Translations under genes and position numbers: made by a program
In this document: positions 19,582 to 28,423 of the stretch, piece by piece
How the letters are laid out: every line of letters starts with the position of its first letter
How positions within the stretch are numbered: position 1 is the stretch's first letter
Assembly (NCBI GenBank): GCA_028702575.1
Contig: JAQVOO010000008.1
Location: 1,757-30,674, forward strand
Reading direction: 5' to 3'
Origin: Sphaerochaetaceae bacterium
Lineage (GTDB): Bacteria > Spirochaetota > Spirochaetia > Sphaerochaetales > Sphaerochaetaceae
Length of the DNA stretch: 28,918 nucleotides
Notes under the pieces: generated by a model
Told to the model about the DNA's origin: nothing
The model's input: only the letters and a program-made list of their open reading frames with translations
Database searches by the model: none

Positions 19582-19989
19582 TTATGGGATTATTTCGTTT
19601 CCTAAGTCTTGGATATGGTCTAATAATTCTGGTAATGTGAAGCCGTAGGAAGTTGCCTTAGTTATATATGAACGAGTTATTTCAAAAAGGATCCGTTCCC
19701 GTTCTACCGCATCAATGGTTATCTCTTTGTCGTTTATAAAGGTTCCTGAACCTTGTTGCGTCACTACGATATCACGGATTTCCATTTCGTTATAAGCGCG
19801 GGCAACAGTGTTGGGATTTATGCTCAGATCGACCGCTAGACTTCGTACCGTCGGTAATCGGTCTCCCTTCCCCAGCCTCCCATCGGCAATTGCCATTTGG
19901 ACCTGCAAAATGATTTGTTTGTAATAGGGTACCCCACTTTTAGTGTCAATGGAGAAAGTAATATTGGGGAGAACCGCTTTCTTTTGCAT
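19582..19989 (-). CDS. GntR-family transcriptional regulator, YtrA-like short subfamily
   Basis: A 135-aa protein with an N-terminal winged HTH (RLPTVRSLAVDLSINPNTVARAYNEMEIRDIVVTQQGSGTFI) and a short C-terminal extension. It is the first gene of the ABC operon, as YtrA is in ytrABCDEF-type loci. Confidence 0.85.
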   Translation of the reverse strand: MQKKAVLPNITFSIDTKSGVPYYKQIILQVQMAIADGRLGKGDRLPTVRSLAVDLSINPNTVARAYNEMEIRDIVVTQQGSGTFINDKEITIDAVERERILFEITRSYITKATSYGFTLPELLDHIQDLGNEIIP

Positions 19990-20008
19990 ACCGTAGTTAT
20001 TGTACTAG

Positions 20009-20020
20009 TGTATTAATACA
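20009..20020. promoter_or_regulatory. Perfect 12-bp palindrome TGTATTAATACA in the divergent GntR / ktrB promoter region; candidate GntR operator
   Basis: TGTATT|AATACA lies 20-32 nt upstream of the GntR start codon (19989). It is flanked by ATTGTAC...CAATTGTC repeats. GT-N-AC palindromes are the usual GntR-family operator type. Confidence 0.4.
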
Positions 20021-20051
20021 ATTGTCAATAATTTTATTTTGACGGTATTAA

Positions 20052-21392
20052 TTGATTATGGTGTTCGGTGATGATAGAATCCTGCTTAGAATGAGTGTTA
20101 ATACAAAGAAGGCTATGCAACCAAGCAGATATCTGATGGTTGGATTCTTTATCATAATTATGGCAGGATCTGTGCTACTCGCCTTACCTGTTACCCATCG
20201 ACCGGGTGTTACTCTCTCTTATATAGATGCCCTCTTTACTGCAGTTAGTGCGGTCTGTGTTACTGGTTTGGTAACGGTCGATATTGCCCTGAGTTTTAAC
20301 CTTTTTGGCCGTATTGTCGTAGCCATCTTGATTATGGCCGGCGGTATGGGTTTTGCCGGAATGATTGTCTCTATTGCCCTTTTTATGGGGTGGGAAGTGG
20401 GAATTTCGCAACGCAATATGCTCAGCGAAGCCTATAATCTGGGCACTCTCAGTGGTACACTCCGCATTGTAAAGACAGTTATATTGGCTTCGTTAATCTT
20501 TCAACTACTCGGGACAATTGCCGGATATTGGGTGTTTCGCCCCCATTACCAACCCTTGGCAGCTTGGGGCCATAGTCTCTTTCACTCCATCAGTGCCTTC
20601 AACAATGCGGGATTTGACCTGATGGGAAACTTCCAGAGTATGATGGACTATCGCCATAATATACTGCTCAACGTTGTTACCATGTTTTTGATCGTGAGTG
20701 GGGGAATTGGTTTTTTTGTTTTAGCCGATCTTCTTCGCAAACGTTTTATGTGGAATAAGTTTACCATGCATACTAAGATTGTAGTATCAGTAACACTCTT
20801 TTTGATCTTTTTGGGTACTGTAATCTTCTTATTAGTCGAACGGCTCGATTTTCTTTCAGCATTATTTTTGAGTATTACAGCCCGTACGGCAGGTTTCAAT
20901 ACTGTTAATACGCAAGCATTATCGCAAGGAACCCTATTTTTTGTGATTATTCTTATGTTCATTGGGGCCTCTCCAGGTTCCACCGGTGGTGGTATAAAAA
21001 CGACTACGACGTTTGCTATTCTCCTTAGTCTTTTTAGTTTAGCTTCACGCCGGCAACCAGCAGCTTTTAGGCGTCGAATTTCAGATGAGAGTATTACAAA
21101 AGCATATCAAGTGTTATTATTGGCTCTATTGGTTGTTTTTAGTGGAACTTTCATTATGATAGTTGTAGAAGATTCTCATTTTTCATTTTTGCAGGTTTTG
21201 TTTGAAAGTGTTTCGGCTTTTGCGACGGTAGGATTAAGTACGGGAATAACCCCTCAGCTTACGCTGATTTCGAAAATTGTCTTAATGTTGACAATGTTTA
21301 TTGGCCGTTTAGGTCCCATTACTATCGCCACTAGTTTGTCAGCGAAAGAATCGGTGCTTAAACATATTGAAGAGCGGGTCTTTATTGGATAA
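20052..21392 (+). CDS. ktrB: Potassium uptake protein, KtrB/TrkH family membrane subunit
   Basis: Polytopic protein with repeated pore-loop glycine motifs (VCVTGLVTV, SAFNNAGFDL, TARTAGFNTVN, SPGSTGGGIKTTT, VGLSTGITP). The true start is uncertain: TTG 20052, ATG 20058 or ATG 20115. Confidence 0.8.
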   Translation: MIMVFGDDRILLRMSVNTKKAMQPSRYLMVGFFIIIMAGSVLLALPVTHRPGVTLSYIDALFTAVSAVCVTGLVTVDIALSFNLFGRIVVAILIMAGGMGFAGMIVSIALFMGWEVGISQRNMLSEAYNLGTLSGTLRIVKTVILASLIFQLLGTIAGYWVFRPHYQPLAAWGHSLFHSISAFNNAGFDLMGNFQSMMDYRHNILLNVVTMFLIVSGGIGFFVLADLLRKRFMWNKFTMHTKIVVSVTLFLIFLGTVIFLLVERLDFLSALFLSITARTAGFNTVNTQALSQGTLFFVIILMFIGASPGSTGGGIKTTTTFAILLSLFSLASRRQPAAFRRRISDESITKAYQVLLLALLVVFSGTFIMIVVEDSHFSFLQVLFESVSAFATVGLSTGITPQLTLISKIVLMLTMFIGRLGPITIATSLSAKESVLKHIEERVFIG

Positions 21393-21406
21393 AAAGGGAG
21401 TCAATT

Positions 21407-22078
21407 ATGAAACCAGGGCATAACCCCAATTCCTTCGGGATTATTGGTCTCGGCCGATTTGGAACAGCATTAGCCTTAGAATTGGCACGGGCGGGGAAAG
21501 AAGTAGTAGTTTTGGAGATTGATGAGTCCAAGCTTTCTTTAGTGAAAGATGAGATTGAACATATCCATCCCGTCGATTCAATCACGCGTGAGATTTTGAT
21601 TGAATCTGGACTCTCTCATTGTGGTACCGTGATTGTGTGTATTGGCAAAGATATTGAATCTAACATCCTGGCAACATTGCATGTGATTGAGCTAGAAGTT
21701 CCGCGGGTGATAGCCAAAGCTAACAGTGACGACCATGGGCGAGTTTTAGAGAAAATCGGAGCTGAAGTTATCTATCCTGAAGCCGACAGTGGCGTACGCC
21801 TTGCTAAAGCCCTTATTTCATTGCGAACCCTCGATTTTTTGGAATTAGATGAAAATATTAGCGTAACTGAAATAGAACTCTCCGATCGCTACCATGGAAA
21901 AACCATTGAGGAACTCAATTTTCGCAAGAAATTCCATTTGAATATTATTGCTTTGACCCGTGATGATAAAACATTTGTTGACCTTGACGCTGAAATGCAA
22001 TTGTTGGAACATGACGGACTCGTCGTGATTGGGACGAATGATGATATTGCCGTTTTTGAAAAGGCAAATAACAAATAG
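21407..22078 (+). CDS. ktrA: Potassium uptake protein, KtrA/TrkA-type RCK regulatory subunit
   Basis: N-terminal Rossmann GIIGLGRFGTALALELARAG (TrkA-N) and a C-terminal TrkA-C-like half. It is 223 aa, with GGGAG 7 nt upstream of the ATG. It sits immediately downstream of ktrB. Confidence 0.85.
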   Translation: MKPGHNPNSFGIIGLGRFGTALALELARAGKEVVVLEIDESKLSLVKDEIEHIHPVDSITREILIESGLSHCGTVIVCIGKDIESNILATLHVIELEVPRVIAKANSDDHGRVLEKIGAEVIYPEADSGVRLAKALISLRTLDFLELDENISVTEIELSDRYHGKTIEELNFRKKFHLNIIALTRDDKTFVDLDAEMQLLEHDGLVVIGTNDDIAVFEKANNK

Positions 22079-22127
22079 AGCTTGACTGGAGCTAAGCCTT
22101 TTTACATATTAAAGGCATGGAGATGTT

Positions 22128-22565
22128 ATGATGCGTATAGTGAGTATAATAGTTTCTTTACTAGTGGTTGGAACGCTTTTTATCTCCTGTACAGGTCGAT
22201 CTGTTGGAGATATTCGCCAAGATGCGGCTGCTGTAAAAACAGCAATTACTGCTCAGTATAGAAAGATATCGCCTCAATTAGCCAAAGAGATGATCGATTC
22301 GGAAGAACCTTTAGTTATAGTGGATGTTCGAACTGAAGCTGAGTATGCGCAAGGTCATATTGCTGATGCTCTGCTCCTTCCCAACGAGAAAATAGACAAA
22401 ACAACCCCGCCTCAAGAACTTCCTGATTTGGAAGCCGTAATTTTAGTCTATTGTCGAAGCGGTAATAGGAGCGCGCAAGCTGCCCGCAAATTAGTTTCTT
22501 TAGGTTATGTGAATGTATACGACTTCGGTGGAATAATTGATTGGCCATACGAGATAGTTCGTTGA
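22128..22565 (+). CDS. Rhodanese-like sulfurtransferase, probable lipoprotein
   Basis: Signal peptide with lipobox-like LFISC. Rhodanese motifs VIVDVRTEAEYAQGHIADALLLP and active-site loop YCRSGNRSAQAA. GGAGA lies 4 nt upstream. Confidence 0.75.
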   Translation: MMRIVSIIVSLLVVGTLFISCTGRSVGDIRQDAAAVKTAITAQYRKISPQLAKEMIDSEEPLVIVDVRTEAEYAQGHIADALLLPNEKIDKTTPPQELPDLEAVILVYCRSGNRSAQAARKLVSLGYVNVYDFGGIIDWPYEIVR

Positions 22566-22625
22566 CCAATTGAGCCTGCCATCCAACTTTATGCAGTATC
22601 TAAAAGAGATACGAAGGAGTAGGTT

Positions 22626-22811
22626 ATGAAGCGAGGAACTCGAGACACAATTAGAAGAAAGCCCGATTATGAACGGGACCCCGATTGGGATATTGGAGAA
22701 GTGTTGGATAAACGTCGCAAACGCACTCGCCGGGAAGCTGGACAACGAATTCATACTCCCGATGAGGTGGAACTTGACGAGCAAATTGAAAGAGAACACC
22801 ACTTCGATTGA
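22626..22811 (+). CDS. Small highly charged hypothetical protein (61 aa)
   Basis: Strong RBS AAGGAG 6 nt upstream of the ATG. The protein is Arg/Lys/Asp/Glu-rich (MKRGTRDTIRRKPDYERDPDWD...). I recognise no family. Confidence 0.4.
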   Translation: MKRGTRDTIRRKPDYERDPDWDIGEVLDKRRKRTRREAGQRIHTPDEVELDEQIEREHHFD

Positions 22812-22858
22812 GGTTGACTTACTTGCCATAGAGGATTAAAACGGGCTACTGTTGCCGC

Positions 22859-24721
22859 ATGATACTCCTCTCGGTAGAAAATATATCAAAAACTCTCAAA
22901 GATGGACCACTGTTTCAGGAAGTTACTTTCGGTATGGAACGTGGTGACAGAATTGGTTTGGTTGGACCTAATGGATGTGGGAAAAGTACTTTTCTCCGGC
23001 TTCTCAGTGGCTCTTTAGAAAGTGATACTGGTACCATAGCCAAAGCACGGAATCTGAGCTTAGCCCTATTGGAGCAACAACCACAATTCCTTCCAGGTCA
23101 GACTGTTGGTGATTTTCTTCTTGACGGAGAGCATCCTACTATCCAACTTTTACGTCAATATCATCAACTCTTAAGAGCGAAAGATGTTGATCATGAAGTC
23201 TTACACCAAGTGATGGAGGAGATAGAAGTACAACATGGTTGGGATATCCAAACGCGCTATACTTCCTTTCTTAGTGAATTGCAGGGGCCTCCTTTGGATG
23301 CTTCTATGGAGATCCTTTCGGGGGGTATGTTCAAGAAAGTTGCGATAGCGCGAACTTTTGCAGCGAATCCAGATTTGGTTTTATTAGATGAACCGACCAA
23401 CCATCTCGATATTCCTACGATTCAATGGTTAGAACAATACCTCGTCAATGCAACAATTTCTGTAATATTAGTTACCCATGATCGCTATTTACTCGATCAT
23501 GTATGTACTACCATTCTTGAATTCGACCGAGGTAAAGTCTATTCTCATCCTGGTTCTTATACCCAATTCTTAGAACGTCGTTCAGAACGGTTATCTAGTA
23601 TGCAAGCCGAGCAAGAGCGCTTAAAAACGGTTTTAAGGCGTGAAATGGAGTGGTTGGCACGTGGGCCAAGAGCTCGTACTGGTAAAGATTCAGGGCGCAA
23701 GTCTCGTATTGCGACTATGCAGGAATCTCTAATTAGTAATCAGGCGCAAATGGCCGATTTTACGTCCCTCCAAAGGCGCATGGGAAAGAAGGTTTTGGAA
23801 CTGAAGGCGGTTGGTAAAACGTATGCCAATACAGAAGTATTGCAACCTTTTTCACATAGTTTTGTCCAAGGAGAACGAATCGGTTTGATCGGTCCTAACG
23901 GATCGGGAAAAACCACTCTGCTAGAGATGATCGCCATGCGGACAGAACCTACTGTGGGGATGGTCGAAGTGGGAGTAAATACGGCCTTTGGTTATTATGA
24001 TCAAACCGATTCTCCCATGGATCACAGTCAATCTGTATTAGGGCATATTACTGAAATAGCGGAAGAAGTTACCCTTGGAGTGGGACAAACGCTGAGTGCT
24101 CCCCGTTTCTTAGAGTTGTTTGGGTTTCCCACATCTTTCCACCGCCTGCCAATCGGCACGCTCAGTGGTGGTGAAAGGCGTCGCTTATATTTAGTCAGTG
24201 TGTTGATGCAGGCTCCAAACTTTCTCCTCTTGGATGAACCTACTAACGATTTAGATATCGATACTATCCGTCGTTTAGAAGAATATTTACTGGAGTTTTC
24301 TGGGTGTGTCTTAGTTGTCTCACACGACCGTGCTTTTTTAGATCGTGTCGTCGACACCCTTTTTGTTTTTGCCGATGATGGAACAATCGTTGAATTTGCT
24401 GGTAATTTCAGTGATTACCAAGCAGAGAAGGTCGCAGTTGCGGTAAAAGAAGTCGAAGAGATTGAAAAGCCGAAAAGGGTTATCCAACGCCAGAAAAAAG
24501 TAGGATTAACTTTTAAAGAAGGTAAGGAACTAGAGACAATATTGAGTGAGATTGACCACCTAGAAGAGAAAATTGCAAAATTGGAAAAAAGCTTTAGTGC
24601 TGAAGAGAGTGATCCAAGCACTTTAGCAGAACGAACTCAAGATTATACTACTTTCCGTAAGCTTCTCGAAGATAAAATGGAACGGTGGGAAGAGCTTGCG
24701 AGTAAAGAGATTGAAGAGTAA
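22859..24721 (+). CDS. ABC-F family ATPase (Uup/EttA/YheS-like, two ABC domains, no TM)
   Basis: Two complete ABC cassettes: GPNGCGKST with LSGGMFKKVAIAR with LLDEPTNHLD, and GPNGSGKTT with LSGGERRRLYL with LLDEPTNDLD. They are joined by a charged linker of about 80 aa and followed by a C-terminal coiled-coil tail. Confidence 0.9.
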   Translation: MILLSVENISKTLKDGPLFQEVTFGMERGDRIGLVGPNGCGKSTFLRLLSGSLESDTGTIAKARNLSLALLEQQPQFLPGQTVGDFLLDGEHPTIQLLRQYHQLLRAKDVDHEVLHQVMEEIEVQHGWDIQTRYTSFLSELQGPPLDASMEILSGGMFKKVAIARTFAANPDLVLLDEPTNHLDIPTIQWLEQYLVNATISVILVTHDRYLLDHVCTTILEFDRGKVYSHPGSYTQFLERRSERLSSMQAEQERLKTVLRREMEWLARGPRARTGKDSGRKSRIATMQESLISNQAQMADFTSLQRRMGKKVLELKAVGKTYANTEVLQPFSHSFVQGERIGLIGPNGSGKTTLLEMIAMRTEPTVGMVEVGVNTAFGYYDQTDSPMDHSQSVLGHITEIAEEVTLGVGQTLSAPRFLELFGFPTSFHRLPIGTLSGGERRRLYLVSVLMQAPNFLLLDEPTNDLDIDTIRRLEEYLLEFSGCVLVVSHDRAFLDRVVDTLFVFADDGTIVEFAGNFSDYQAEKVAVAVKEVEEIEKPKRVIQRQKKVGLTFKEGKELETILSEIDHLEEKIAKLEKSFSAEESDPSTLAERTQDYTTFRKLLEDKMERWEELASKEIEE

Positions 24722-24947
24722 ATCCTATAAAGTATTACTTGTGGAGAAGTTGTGCACAACCTGAGAGTACGTAGTGCATAGTAAAGGTATACATGGTACA
24801 ATTAAGATGCCGAGCAGATTGAAAACCCTCTAGAACTAAAACAACTGCACGAAAAAAATAACTAGTAATAGCTGAGTTTCGATACCATTGAAAATATGTG
24901 TATTGGTCAGAGAATTAGTATAATCTTGCAAGGGAACGCCGATAAAA

Positions 24948-26342
24948 TTGAAAAAGTTTGTCAAAAGAATCATAATTGGTAGCATAACACTCTTGCTTGT
25001 CTATATAATTGCCACTTTCGTAGTGTTATTTGCCGTCCAAAGCCCAAAAGAAAGGATAAATTTTGAAAAAAGCGGTAACGTCTACCAAGATCGAGTTGCA
25101 CTCGTAGAGTCTGGTGAAGATGGTGCATTAATCAGGTTACACCTTATTGAAGATGCCCAATCTACTATCGATATCTCTTATTATATTTTTATAGATGGGG
25201 AGTTTACCGATCTGTTCTTGAAGGCTATTCTAGATGCCGCTGATCGCGGTGTGAATGTGCGTATCTTGTTGGACGGGATGCCTCAAATTATCCATTTGAA
25301 AGGTAAATTGAAAGAAGTGTTACAGGGTTTTGAAATACACCCCAACATAGCGTTACGGATATACGAACCTTTTAACCTGCTGGTGCCTTGGGCTTGGAAC
25401 AATCGTTTGCATGATAAGATGATTTTAGTAGATGGTAATTTTGGTTTAATCGGGGGACGAAACATTGGCGATAAGTACTATCTAGAAGAGGTTGGGACCT
25501 CCAGTTTTGTAAAAGATCGCGACGTACTTATTGTTAAGGATAACCCTTTGAGCGTTATCGATGAGATGCAACATTATTTTGTCGCGGTGTGGAATAGTAT
25601 ATATTCTAAACCTTTGGAAAAACGTTTATCAGAAAAAAAAATAGAACAACGTAAGGTGTATATTGAAAATCTGCACCAGCGGTCTACGAATGTAAAAAAG
25701 AAACATGTTGATATTGATTGGCATACGTATACTAGAGCGACACAAAGCATCCAGTTTATGCATAATCCTGTTGGGAGGCTTCATCAAGACCCGTGGTGCT
25801 TAAAAGCACTGCTAGAGTTAGCCTCTCAATCTAAGGACTCAATATTTGTACAAAGCCCCTATATTATACCTTCTAGAAAGATGAAGACAGAGTTTAATCA
25901 ATACGACATAGATTTGGAAAAAATAAGCGTATTAACCAACTCTCTTGCATCTAGCCCCAATCCAGTTGCCAAATCAGCCTATACGAATCATCGAAAAAAG
26001 ATTGTCGATAGCGGAGCAACCGTACATGAGTACCAAGGACCTGATTCAATTCATAGTAAGACCTATATCTTTGACGATGCTATTAGTGTTATTGGAACTT
26101 TTAATGTAGATGCTAGGAGTAGTTTTCTGCATACCGAGTCTCTGGTGATAATTGAAAGTGAAGAGTTCACAAAAGACTTAAAAAGAGAAATTCAACAGGA
26201 TATGGATAATAGTTTACAAGTAGCTCCTGACTACTCTTATATGGAAGATAGTCAAGTAGAAGAGGGGAATGTCTCCACTCTTATGCATATAGGTGTAGCA
26301 TTCCTCTCTACAATTGTTTTCTTTTTTGATTATTTGCTGTAG
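24948..26342 (+). CDS. Phospholipase D-family protein (cardiolipin-synthase-like), membrane anchored
   Basis: Two HKD motifs: HDKMILVDGNFGLIGGRNIGD and HSKTYIFDDAISVIGTFNVD. There is an N-terminal TM (IIIGSITLLLVYIIATFVVLFAV) and a hydrophobic C-terminal tail. The start is a TTG. Confidence 0.8.
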   Translation: MKKFVKRIIIGSITLLLVYIIATFVVLFAVQSPKERINFEKSGNVYQDRVALVESGEDGALIRLHLIEDAQSTIDISYYIFIDGEFTDLFLKAILDAADRGVNVRILLDGMPQIIHLKGKLKEVLQGFEIHPNIALRIYEPFNLLVPWAWNNRLHDKMILVDGNFGLIGGRNIGDKYYLEEVGTSSFVKDRDVLIVKDNPLSVIDEMQHYFVAVWNSIYSKPLEKRLSEKKIEQRKVYIENLHQRSTNVKKKHVDIDWHTYTRATQSIQFMHNPVGRLHQDPWCLKALLELASQSKDSIFVQSPYIIPSRKMKTEFNQYDIDLEKISVLTNSLASSPNPVAKSAYTNHRKKIVDSGATVHEYQGPDSIHSKTYIFDDAISVIGTFNVDARSSFLHTESLVIIESEEFTKDLKREIQQDMDNSLQVAPDYSYMEDSQVEEGNVSTLMHIGVAFLSTIVFFFDYLL

Positions 26343-26762
26343 GTGTATAATAAACGAAAAAGGTGTGTCCGGTATTGTCTTTTCGGTTTCAACTTGCAGC
26401 TTCCAGCATGGGACAATCGCCGGGTTGACTTACAATCACCTAATCTTCACAATCCGAATCAACACCTTTTTACCACGAAAATCGTAAAGATAATCGTACG
26501 GGTTTAAGCTAGTTTGGGAATTGAACCCTCTTGTAGTCACCAGACCTTGCTTTAATTCTTGCTTTGTAATATATCTGTTTCTTAAACAAAGGTCAAGTGG
26601 TTGTCCTAAATTATGACATAAAGGCCTATAATTTAGCGTAAAAGGGTGTTGTACAGTGACCATAAGTGTTGTAATAGATCTCTTTGGGATTCCTTATGGT
26701 CGTAAATCTTGTATATATCAAAGCCCGATGGTACTGTCTTTGTAAATGGAGGAGGTTACACG

Positions 26763-27728
26763 ATGCGAATATTAGTGACTTTGCCGTTACATACAACTCA
26801 AAAATCACAAATGGAAGCGTTAGTACCCCATTGGTCTATAGAATACAGCTCTTATGGTAAAGCGACAGCCCAGATGGTAGCCAACACAGATATCCTTATT
26901 GGAAATGTGCCGGTGGAGCTCCTTTCTGGTGCTAAATCACTGAAATGGATGCAACTTTTTAGTTCAGGTGCTACAGGTTATTCAGATGTTTTACCAGAAG
27001 AAGTCTTGCTGACATGTGCCACCGGCACGTATGGCACCGGGGTGTCTGAGCATATGCTAGCACTGTTGTTAGCGGTCATGAAAAAGCTTCCGACCTATAT
27101 GGAAAATCAGTTAGAAAGTATTTGGACTAATCCAATACCGCCACAGATGATTGCTGGTTCAACTGTTTTGGTAGTTGGAACTGGTGATATCGGGGCGAGT
27201 TTTGCTCGCATAGTGCAAGCTATGGAAGCTCAAGTATTAGGGTGCAAACGGACCCCTGCTGAATCGATTGCTGGTTTTGATGCGCTCTATACCATTGAAG
27301 AATTAGACTCGATTATCCCCCTTGCTGATGTAATTGCATTAGCTCTACCGGGAACTGAGGCCACGCACCATCTTTTTGATGAACGTCGGTTACGCATGAT
27401 GAAAGAGGATGCTGTGTTGATCAATGTTGGAAGGGGTTCTGTGATCGATTCTGAGGCACTATGTGATGTTCTGCACGAGGGGCATTTAGCTGCTGCCGCT
27501 CTAGATGTTTTCGAAGAAGAACCGTTACCAAAAAACCATTGTTTGTGGCAAGCTCCACGCCTTTTCATAACGCCCCATGCTGCAGGTAGCCTAGTAGCCG
27601 GTAACACTATACATCTCTTATTTGATATCGTTATGGAAAATTTACGGCGTTATCGTGATGGAGAACCCTTAATCCATACAGTAGATCGCAAAACAGGATA
27701 TCTTGAGGTAGCTAATGACCGGAATTGA
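26763..27728 (+). CDS. D-isomer-specific 2-hydroxyacid dehydrogenase family protein (NAD-dependent)
   Basis: Rossmann VLVVGTGDIGASFARIV, then NVGRGSVIDSEAL, DVFEEEP, and catalytic His in TPHAAG. I prefer the ATG at 26763, 8 nt after GGAGGAGG, over the ORF-track start at 26709. Confidence 0.85.
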   Translation: MRILVTLPLHTTQKSQMEALVPHWSIEYSSYGKATAQMVANTDILIGNVPVELLSGAKSLKWMQLFSSGATGYSDVLPEEVLLTCATGTYGTGVSEHMLALLLAVMKKLPTYMENQLESIWTNPIPPQMIAGSTVLVVGTGDIGASFARIVQAMEAQVLGCKRTPAESIAGFDALYTIEELDSIIPLADVIALALPGTEATHHLFDERRLRMMKEDAVLINVGRGSVIDSEALCDVLHEGHLAAAALDVFEEEPLPKNHCLWQAPRLFITPHAAGSLVAGNTIHLLFDIVMENLRRYRDGEPLIHTVDRKTGYLEVANDRN

Positions 27729-27819
27729 GAAATTACGACCGATTACATGGGTAGAGAGTTATCCATCAATTTGGCAACATCGTCTTACAGTTAATCGGTA
27801 GAGGGTGGAAGGTTTGAAA

Positions 27820-27840
27820 CCTCCTTTTCTCGTGAGGATA
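27820..27840. terminator. Weak hairpin plus T-tract between the convergent dehydrogenase and XRE genes
   Basis: AGGTT-TGA-AACCT (5-bp stem, 3-nt loop) followed by CCTTTTCT. It lies 90 nt after the dehydrogenase stop and 12 nt before the XRE stop on the other strand. Confidence 0.3.
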
Positions 27841-27851
27841 ACTTAAAATCT

Positions 27852-28145
27852 TTAAAGTGGATTGGCGTTTTCTAATTCGATTAGTGCAATGAATTCAGAG
27901 ACCGACATGCCGAGCGCATCGCTTAATCGTTTTAACGTAGTAAGGGTTGGGCTATGTTCCCCTTTAAGAATTTTATATAATTGCGAGCGTGTCATTCCTG
28001 TATCACGAGCATATTGGGCGATAGGACAATTTCTCGATCTCAAGACGTTCAGCAAAGCTTGTTCAATATGCATGCCAATAGTATACCACAAGAAAAGTGT
28101 AATAAAAAACAAAATAAATGCCGTAATAGAGAGGTAAACAAGCAA
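27852..28145 (-). CDS. XRE-family helix-turn-helix transcriptional regulator
   Basis: C-terminal 70 aa is a typical HTH_XRE domain (CPIAQYARDTGMTRSQLYKILKGEHSPTLTTLKRLSDALGMSVSEFIALIE). As drawn by the ORF track it has a 24-aa hydrophobic N-terminal leader. An alternative start at ATG 28073 gives a 74-aa soluble protein. Confidence 0.65.
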   Translation of the reverse strand: MLVYLSITAFILFFITLFLWYTIGMHIEQALLNVLRSRNCPIAQYARDTGMTRSQLYKILKGEHSPTLTTLKRLSDALGMSVSEFIALIELENANPL

Positions 28146-28423
28146 AAATATTCCTATATAGTAGTATAGCGTTATTTTTTGGAACCTACCTAAAACCTTT
28201 TAAATAGGGATTTGACCTAGCTGGAAAGTGGGCAGATTGTGGTTATTTACTTTATTGAAGACAAATTGAGCTAACTAATACAAGTTTCCTGATACATGAT
28301 ATGAGCCCTTTGTACACCGCTATTCTTGACTCAAAGTTTCTTAAGGTAAAGACTTGGGTTGACTAGTTTCTCCTCAGAGGCTGTTCTAGAAAACCCAAGG
28401 ATTTTATACCAGAATATAATTAT

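Noticed and set aside
19990-20114. Possible c-di-AMP (ydaO/kimA-type) riboswitch upstream of ktrB
   Set aside because: The available leader is far shorter than the riboswitch, and I see none of its conserved pseudo-symmetric ACGR/CCU-containing helices.
22079-22105. AGCT-tgactgg-AGCT hairpin plus TTTTT after ktrA as an intrinsic terminator
   Set aside because: The stem is only 4 bp and the T-tract is displaced by 5 nt. It is too weak to call.
26495-26545. tRNA-like T-arm motif (minus strand GGGTTCAATTCCC) in the 420-bp gap between the PLD and dehydrogenase genes
   Set aside because: Only a 3-4 bp stem can form around the TTCAATT loop. I could find no complementary acceptor 5' strand, D-arm or anticodon arm at tRNA spacing. 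This is a chance resemblance.
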